From positions 1 through 64,000 of the forward strand of contig CAVSQW010000007.1 in the NCBI GenBank assembly GCA_963730185.1: 64,000 bases of DNA, given 5' to 3'. The position numbers were made by a program, and so were the translations under genes. This DNA is from an uncultured Gemmatimonadales bacterium. GTDB lineage: Bacteria > Gemmatimonadota > Gemmatimonadetes > Gemmatimonadales > GWC2-71-9. The notes beneath the pieces were generated by a model. It saw nothing but the letters and a program-made list of their open reading frames with translations. It had not been told where the DNA came from and did no database searches. Below, piece after piece: positions 57,732 to 64,000 of this stretch (positions within the stretch are counted from its first letter, which is position 1; each line of letters starts with the position of its first letter).

Positions 57732-59426
57732 CTACCGCCCCGACTCGCTCGCCTTCCAGCCGGTCCAGCCCGGCCCGCGAACCACCCGGCCTGGCTTGGC
57801 CCCGGTGTGCTCGCCGCCCGTGAGAACCTGGACACCGTTCACGAACACGTCGCTGACGCCGGTCGAGTACTGGTGCGGCTTGTCGTAGGTCGCGTGGTCC
57901 TGAATGGTGGCCGGGTCGAACACCACGACGTCGGCGTAGTAGCCCGACGCCAGGGTGCCGCGCTTCTTGATCTTGAGCGTCGTCGCCGGGAACGAGGTCA
58001 AGCGCCGAACGGCCTCCTCCAGGGGGATCACCTTCTCGTCCCGCACGTACTTGCCGAGCAGGCGGGCGAAGGTGCCGTAGGCGCGGGGATGAGGGTTGGA
58101 GGCCAGGAACGGCCCCTCCGGCGCGAGCGACCCGGCGTCCGACCCGAAGCTCACCCAGGGTAGCGCGATCTGCTTTTTGACGTTCTCCTCCGACATCAGG
58201 AAGTACACCACCTCGATCCGGGTGCCGTCCTGGATCACCAGGTCCATGGCGGTCTCCTCCGGCGAGGTGTGCCGCATCGCCGCCACCTCGGCCAGCGTCT
58301 TGCCGGTCAGGTACTTGAGCGAGTCGGTCTTGAACGCCACCAGGATGATCTTGTCGGGCGAGCCGACGTTGATCCAGTTGTTCTCCCACCCGTCGGTCGG
58401 GGTGTTCATCTCCCGCTTGACCCGGGCCCGGATCGTCGGGTCCTTGAGCCGTTCGATCCACGCCTTGGTTCCGCCCTCCTGCACCCAGGGGGGCATCGAA
58501 GCGTCGAGGCCCGTGGCGGCGGCGTCGTAGGTGTACATGTCGGCGGTGATCTGGGTGCCGGCGGCCCGGGCCGAGTCGATCTTGGCGATCGCCTGGTCGA
58601 GCTTGGGCCAGTTGGGTCGGCCGGCGGCCTTGAGGTGGTAGATCTCCACCGGAAGGCCCGCCTCCCGGCCGATCCGGAGCGTTTCATCGATCGCTTGCAG
58701 CAGCTGGGAGCCTTCCGAGCGGATGTGGGCGATGTACATCCCGCCCGATTGGGCCGCGACCTTCGAGAGGGCGATCAACTCGTCGGTCTTGGCGTAGAAG
58801 GCCGGGGCGTAGATCAGGGCGGTGGTCACCCCGAGGGCGCCTTCGTCCATCGCTTGCTTGACGAGTGCCTTCATCCGGTCCAGCTCCTCGGGCGTGGGGG
58901 CCCGATCGGCATAGCCGACTTCGTGGACCCGGACCGTCACCGCGCTGACGAACGAGGCGATGTTGGTGGAGATCCCCCGCTTCGTGAGCCAGTCGAGGTA
59001 TTCGCCCAGGGTCGTCCAGGCCAGGTCGTACTTGAGGTCGGCTTGCCCCTCCTGGAGCTCCTTCTTCATCGCGTCGCTCAGCGGTCCCATCGAGCTCTCC
59101 CCCAGGACCTCGAGCGTCACCCCCTGGCGGATGTCGCTCTCGGAGCGGCCATCCTGGATCAGCGACTCCTCCGAGTGGCTCAGCATGTTGATGAAACCGG
59201 GGGTCACGGCCTTGCCGGTGGCGTCGATCTCGGTGGCACCCTTCGCGGCCGAGAGGTCGCCGACGGCGGCGATGGTGTCGCCCTGGATAGCGACGTCGCC
59301 CACGACGCCCGGCGTGCCGGAGCCGTCGTAGATGGTGCCGTGGCGGATGACGACGTCGTAGCGGGGGCCGGACTGGCAGGCGGCAAGGGCCGTCACGGCG
59401 ACGAGCAGGGCGGGTAAGCGGATCAT
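57732..59426 (-). CDS. N-acyl-D-amino-acid deacylase family lipoprotein
   Basis: Lipobox LAAC; PGFINMLSH, HIRSEG, YHLKA, ADMYTY, GSDA, HPRAYGTF. Confidence 0.88.
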   Translation of the reverse strand: MIRLPALLVAVTALAACQSGPRYDVVIRHGTIYDGSGTPGVVGDVAIQGDTIAAVGDLSAAKGATEIDATGKAVTPGFINMLSHSEESLIQDGRSESDIRQGVTLEVLGESSMGPLSDAMKKELQEGQADLKYDLAWTTLGEYLDWLTKRGISTNIASFVSAVTVRVHEVGYADRAPTPEELDRMKALVKQAMDEGALGVTTALIYAPAFYAKTDELIALSKVAAQSGGMYIAHIRSEGSQLLQAIDETLRIGREAGLPVEIYHLKAAGRPNWPKLDQAIAKIDSARAAGTQITADMYTYDAAATGLDASMPPWVQEGGTKAWIERLKDPTIRARVKREMNTPTDGWENNWINVGSPDKIILVAFKTDSLKYLTGKTLAEVAAMRHTSPEETAMDLVIQDGTRIEVVYFLMSEENVKKQIALPWVSFGSDAGSLAPEGPFLASNPHPRAYGTFARLLGKYVRDEKVIPLEEAVRRLTSFPATTLKIKKRGTLASGYYADVVVFDPATIQDHATYDKPHQYSTGVSDVFVNGVQVLTGGEHTGAKPGRVVRGPGWTGWKASESGR

Positions 59427-59661
59427 GGCCTGGGGAGGGTTGGAGGTGGGGGATTCTATCACTCTTGCCCGAACCCCGCAGCCCGTCTCGATCCCGATCG
59501 GCTGGCAGGTCCTCGCTGAGGTCGCGAAGGATCCCGGCCCTCGAATCGGCGCCGGGCCGGGTGGGGGCGGCTTCTCGGGGACCGCCAACCGCTATCCGGT
59601 AGGGGAGACGCGACCTATGTTCGAGGGTCGTCCCTCTCTCGTCTCAGCCCGGAGTCCTCGC

Positions 59662-61527
59662 ATGCGATCCCAGCGCCTGGTTCGGCTGTTCGGCCTCGCG
59701 ATCATGATCTTCGTCGGCGCCCGGCCGGTGAGTGCCCAACGGACCGAGAAGCCGGTGCTCCACGGCCGTCACTGGGTGGCCATCACCGGCAAGCCGCTCG
59801 GCGCCACCGCCGGCGCGATGATCTTTCAGCAGGGCGGCAATGCCGTCGATGCCGCCTGCGCCATGCTGGCCGCCGTCACCACGATGTGGGATGTGCTGAG
59901 CTGGGGTGGCGAGACCCAGGCGCTGATCTACGACCCGGTCAACAAGAAAGTGATCGGGATCAATGCCCTGGGCGTGGCGCCGACGGGTGCCACGGCCGAC
60001 TTCTTCAAGAGCAAGGGGATGGACTACCCGCCGGAGTTCGGGCCGCTCGCGGCGGTGACGCCGGGCACGCCGGGCGGGCTCTTCACCATGCTGGCCGAAT
60101 ACGGGACCATGAGCCTGGCCCAGGTGCTGGCGCCGGCCCTCGAGATGGCCGACGGCTATCCGATCGAGGCCCAGACCGCGAACAGCATCGAGGCCCAGAA
60201 GGGCCGGATCGAGCAGTGGCCCTACTCCAAGGCCGTCTTCCTCACCCACCTGGGCGAGAAGCGTGAGGCGCCCTACGCCGGCGAGATCTTCCGGCAGACG
60301 GACCTCGCGACAACGCTCCGGAAGCTGGTCGAGGCCGAGCGGCAGGCGCTCGAGGCGGGCAAGAACCGGAAGCAGGCCATCTACGCGGCCTACGATCGGT
60401 TCTACAAGGGCGACATCGCCCAGGAGATCGTGCGGAGCGTCCGGGAGCAGGGCGGGCTTTTCACCATGCAGGATCTGGCCAACTGGAAGGTCAAGATCGA
60501 GGAGCCGCTTTCCACCAACTACAAGGGGATCGACGTCTACAAGCTTCGCGAGTGGCAGCAGGGCCCGGCGATGCTGGAGGCCCTGAACATTCTGGAGAAC
60601 ACCGACGTCAAGGCGATGGGGTACAACAGCACCCGCTACATCCATGCCCTCTATCAGACCATGAGCATGGCGTTCGCCGATCGGGACTTCTACTACGGCG
60701 ACCCCGCCTTCCCGCCGGAGGAGCCGATCAAGGGCCTGCTGTCGAAAGACTACGCCCGGCAGCGGTATCAGCGGATCGACTGGAACGAGAACGATCCCAC
60801 GATCAAGCCGGGCGATCCCTACCCGTTCCAGGGCGGGACCAATCCCTTTCTGGAGTACCTCCGGAGCTGGCCGCCCAAGCGCCGGGCGGCCCCGGCGGCG
60901 ACGGGCGATCAGCTGGGCCAGCTGACGTTCGACGAGACCTTCCGGCTGGGCACGACCTCGATCCAGGCGGCCGACGCGAAGGGGTGGGTGGTCTCGGTCA
61001 CGCCGAGCGGCGGGTGGGTCCCGGCCGTGATCGCGGGGCACACGGGGGTGGGTCTGAGCGAGCGGATGCAGAGCTTCGGGACCGATCCGGCGGAGAACCC
61101 GTTCAACGTGATCGAGCCCGGCAAGCGGCCTCGGGTCACCCTCACCCCGACGCTCGCCCTCAAGGACGGGAAGCCGTACCTCTCGTTCGCGGTCCAGGGC
61201 GGCGATACCCAGGATCAGAACCTGCTCCAGTTCTTCCTGAACGTCACCGAGTTCGGGATGACGGTCCAGCAGGCGGTCGAGGCGGCGAACATCACCAGCT
61301 ATCAGATGCTGAGCTCGTTCGGGAACCACGAGTCGCGGCCGGGGCGGCTCACCCTCCGGGACGACGTGCCCGACTGGACCCGGGCGGAGCTCCGGAAGAT
61401 GGGGTACACGCTCGACTTCGCCCGGTCCACGTCGGGGCCGATCAACGCGATCTTCTTCGATTGGGCCCACGGCTCGTTCTGGGGCGGGTCCAGCAACAAC
61501 GGGGAGGACTACGGGATCGCCTGGTAG
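59662..61527 (+). CDS. Gamma-glutamyltransferase-family protein, secreted
   Basis: GGNAVDAA, PGTPGG, AFADRD..YGDP, GTTS (Thr nucleophile), PGKRPR..L.P, GGD.Q.Q. Confidence 0.9.
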   Translation: MRSQRLVRLFGLAIMIFVGARPVSAQRTEKPVLHGRHWVAITGKPLGATAGAMIFQQGGNAVDAACAMLAAVTTMWDVLSWGGETQALIYDPVNKKVIGINALGVAPTGATADFFKSKGMDYPPEFGPLAAVTPGTPGGLFTMLAEYGTMSLAQVLAPALEMADGYPIEAQTANSIEAQKGRIEQWPYSKAVFLTHLGEKREAPYAGEIFRQTDLATTLRKLVEAERQALEAGKNRKQAIYAAYDRFYKGDIAQEIVRSVREQGGLFTMQDLANWKVKIEEPLSTNYKGIDVYKLREWQQGPAMLEALNILENTDVKAMGYNSTRYIHALYQTMSMAFADRDFYYGDPAFPPEEPIKGLLSKDYARQRYQRIDWNENDPTIKPGDPYPFQGGTNPFLEYLRSWPPKRRAAPAATGDQLGQLTFDETFRLGTTSIQAADAKGWVVSVTPSGGWVPAVIAGHTGVGLSERMQSFGTDPAENPFNVIEPGKRPRVTLTPTLALKDGKPYLSFAVQGGDTQDQNLLQFFLNVTEFGMTVQQAVEAANITSYQMLSSFGNHESRPGRLTLRDDVPDWTRAELRKMGYTLDFARSTSGPINAIFFDWAHGSFWGGSSNNGEDYGIAW

Positions 61528-61547
61528 CTCGGGGGCGGGTTCCTTTC

Positions 61548-61570
61548 GGGGGCTGGGGCGACCAGCCCCC
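61548..61570. terminator. GC-rich hairpin after the GGT gene (no U-tract)
   Basis: GGGGGCTGG-GGCGA-CCAGCCCCC, about 20 nt after the stop. Confidence 0.35.
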
Positions 61571-61640
61571 CAGGGGGGCCTGGTACGCGGATAGGTGTGG
61601 CGGTACGGTTAGACCGGTACTTCAGGCCCCTTAGGAGCCT

Positions 61641-62256
61641 ATGTCGCGACCGGTTCGGTGGGTGTCTCCGCTGTTCTGTCGACTCCGCCGTTGCCTGCCG
61701 TCGCTGGGGGCGCTCCTTTCGGGCCTGACCCTCGCCTGCCGGCTGTCGCCCGCCGCGCCTGGTTCGACCTCACCGCTCGACGTCATCGGCCGGCCCGCCG
61801 CCCGACGGTGTGGCGCCCGAGCTGGCAGTGGGTTGTGAATGCCACCGGCCGTCACCGTCTCCGGATGGTCGCTACCTGACCTACCACTTGCTCTCGATCC
61901 AGACGGGCGACGTGGCCGTTCGGATCTACGATCTGGTGGCACGGGGCGCGGTTGGGCCCGACGTGCCAGGTCGCTTCCCCGAGTGGTCCCCCACCAATCA
62001 GGCGATCACCTACATCGACAACGCGACTCGACGGATCGCGATCATGAGTACCACGGGAAGCAATCAGCGCTTCGTCACACCGGCGGATCGGGACTACCTG
62101 GATGGCCAGCTCGCCTGGTCGCCGGACGGTACCTGGCTCGTGGCCCGGTCCGCGACCGGCCCCGGCCTCGATCTGATCAACGTTGGTACCGGCTTGGTCC
62201 TTCCGCTCGCCGGCACGACGACGCTGAGCCGGCCCGCCTGGAGGCCGACGGGGTAG
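61641..62256 (+). pseudogene. Truncated or split TolB-like (PD40) beta-propeller lipoprotein
   Basis: AGGAG SD + ATG 61641 with lipobox-like TLAC, stop at 61838. In another frame SPSPDGRYL, PEWSP, AWSPDG, PAWRP repeats run to 62256; too few blades for a full propeller. Confidence 0.55.
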
Positions 62257-62492
62257 GCCGCTGCCGGCGCCGCCGCTTCGGTGATGGTGGCCGGCCATCC
62301 CCCTGCCCAGCGCCATGTCCCGAGGCCGGTCCAGCTCGCGCCCGGGGCAGGCCTTCATCGGGTCTTCAGACTTCTTTCACCCCGCGAGGGGCAGCATACA
62401 TCCGACGGTTTCCCGGCGCCCTCTCCGTGGGGCGCTCCGACGGCGGATCTCCTCGGACCGCCGCCGGTCCTGGCCCTGGACCGGAGGATCGG

Positions 62493-63653
62493 ATGTACAT
62501 CCCCACCATGCATGCGTGGGCGGAGGGGGACACCCTTCGCGACCACCTCGAAGAACGCGGCATCTCCCGGCGCGAGTTCGTGGAGTTCTGCGGCAACCTC
62601 TGTGTCGTCCTCGGCCTCGGCCGGGCGGCGGCACCGGCCATGGCGCAGGCGCTGGAGGCGGCGAAACGCCCCAGCGTGGTCTGGATCCAGCTGCAGGAGT
62701 GCACCGGGTGCGTCGAGAGCGTGATCCGGACCGACGAGCCGACGATCGGCCATCTGGTGCTGGACATGATCTCGCTCGACTTCTCCCACACCCTCATGGC
62801 GGCGGCCGGCCACCAGGCGGAAGACGTCCTCGCCAAGGTGATGAAGGAGAACGCGGGCAAGTACATCCTGATCGTCACCGGCTCGGTGCCGCTCAAGGAC
62901 GACGGGGTCTACCTCACGATCGCCGGCCGAACCGCCAAGTCGGTGCTCGAAGAGGCGGCGGCGGGTGCCGCGGCGATCCTGGCGGTCGGCGCCTGCGCCC
63001 ACTGGGGCAGTGTCCAGGCGGCCCGTCCGAACCCGACCGGGGCGGTGGGGGTGTCCGAGATCATCAAGGACAAGCCGGTGGTGAACATCGCCGGGTGTCC
63101 GCCGATCGCCGACGTGGTCACGGCCACGGTGGCGCACTTCCTGACCTTCGGGCGGCTCCCGGCCGTGGATGGCGACGGCCGGCCCGAGTTCGCCTACGGT
63201 GCCCGGATTCACGACCAGTGTCCCCGGCGGGCCAACTTCGACGCCGGCCAGTACGTCGAGGCGTTCGACGACGAGAACGCCCGCAAAGGCTGGTGCCTGT
63301 ACCACGTGGGGTGCAAGGGGCCGGCGACCTTTTCGCCCTGCCCGATCTTCCAGTGGAACGGCGGGACCAACTGGCCCATCGGCGCCGGGCACCCGTGCCT
63401 CGGGTGCACCGAGCGCAACTTCTGGGACACGATGACCCCGTTCTACGATCGGCTGCCTGACGTCGGCGGGTTCGGGATCGAGCAGCGGGTGGACCTGATC
63501 GGCGCGGCCCTCGCGGTCGGCGCCACCGCCGGCGTCGCCGCGCACGCCGTGGCCACCGGGGTCCACAGCTACCGGCAGCGGAAGCATCTCCCCGTCGTCG
63601 AAACCTCGAGCGCGCCGAAGGCCGATCCGTCGTCCGGCGCCAAGAAGGAGTGA
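62493..63653 (+). CDS. Group 1 [NiFe] hydrogenase small subunit (Tat, membrane-anchored)
   Basis: SRREFVEFC, ECTGC.ES, GACA, GCPP, HDQC, WCL...GCKGP, GHPCLGC, C-terminal TM helix. Confidence 0.95.
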   Translation: MYIPTMHAWAEGDTLRDHLEERGISRREFVEFCGNLCVVLGLGRAAAPAMAQALEAAKRPSVVWIQLQECTGCVESVIRTDEPTIGHLVLDMISLDFSHTLMAAAGHQAEDVLAKVMKENAGKYILIVTGSVPLKDDGVYLTIAGRTAKSVLEEAAAGAAAILAVGACAHWGSVQAARPNPTGAVGVSEIIKDKPVVNIAGCPPIADVVTATVAHFLTFGRLPAVDGDGRPEFAYGARIHDQCPRRANFDAGQYVEAFDDENARKGWCLYHVGCKGPATFSPCPIFQWNGGTNWPIGAGHPCLGCTERNFWDTMTPFYDRLPDVGGFGIEQRVDLIGAALAVGATAGVAAHAVATGVHSYRQRKHLPVVETSSAPKADPSSGAKKE

Positions 63654-63656
63654 GCC

Positions 63657-64000
63657 ATGGCCCCCACCAAGATCGTGGTCGACCCCATCACCCGGATCGA
63701 GGGGCATCTCCGGATCGAGGTCCAGGCCGACGCCGGCAAGATCCAGAATTCGTGGGCGTCGTCCACCCAGTTTCGGGGCATCGAGATCATCATGCAGGGA
63801 CGGGACCCCCGTGATGCCTGGGCATTCACCCAGCGAATCTGCGGGGTCTGCACCGTGGTGCACGCGGTGGCCTCCTGCCGCGCCGTCGAGGACGCGCTCG
63901 GCATCACGATTCCGCCCAACGCCAACCTGATTCGCAACATGGTCCATGGAATGCAGTCCATCCAGGACCACGTCATTCACTTCTACCACCTCCATGCCCT
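63657..64000 (+). CDS. Group 1 [NiFe] hydrogenase large subunit, 5' part running off the window
   Basis: Hand translation: [21 protein letters not shown]...FRGIE...[22 protein letters not shown]...[11 protein letters not shown]. Confidence 0.95.
   Translation, partial: MAPTKIVVDPITRIEGHLRIEVQADAGKIQNSWASSTQFRGIEIIMQGRDPRDAWAFTQRICGVCTVVHAVASCRAVEDALGITIPPNANLIRNMVHGMQSIQDHVIHFYHLHA

Noticed and set aside
1..64000. Many long antisense or alternative-frame ORFs (e.g. 6228-9134, 12341-15187, 19443-22874, 30727-34344, 54048-56852)
   Set aside because: They overlap motif-supported genes, are Arg/Gly/Pro/Ala-rich and carry no motifs. These are expected shadows in high-GC DNA.
1..64000. CRISPR arrays, tRNA/rRNA, IS elements, prophage, reverse transcriptase
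   Set aside because: No spaced direct repeats, cloverleaf motifs or mobile-element genes were seen, and intergenic gaps are all under about 250 nt. Small ncRNAs cannot be excluded by eye.

Overview
A very GC-rich (roughly 70% by eye) bacterial chromosomal segment, almost wholly protein-coding, with about 49 genes. The gene repertoire (many Tat/Sec/lipoprotein-exported peptidases and amidohydrolases, a stand-alone Hanks kinase, PP2C, BlaI/M56, RDD-SpoIIM/MoxR cluster) is compatible with a Gemmatimonadota-like organism; this is inference, not a database result. I found no rRNA, tRNA, CRISPR array, transposase or integrase. Main content: (1) exported amide- and peptide-bond hydrolases (M61, S9A, a tandem S9C pair, four amidohydrolases, a serine hydrolase, an acetamidase, GGT); (2) two IorAB-type (2Fe-2S + Tat-exported Mo subunit) oxidoreductase pairs, one riddled with indels; (3) a divergent locus with RDD-SpoIIM, acetamidase, DUF4956 and kinase on one side and a membrane protein, DUF4129, DUF4350, MoxR and DUF58 on the other; (4) a BlaI-M56-secreted HExxH module with two visible palindromic operators; (5) an RND plus ATPase-less MacAB-TolC efflux locus; (6) sthA and the start of a group 1 [NiFe] hydrogenase operon. 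Several genes carry single-base indels that look like long-read sequencing errors. Best leads: the tandem S9C paralogues differing at a known peptidase/esterase switch residue, the BlaI/M56/metallopeptidase module, the kinase-extended MoxR locus on back-to-back promoters, and a signal-peptide-bearing protein with SAM-fold motifs. Novelty cannot be established without searches.
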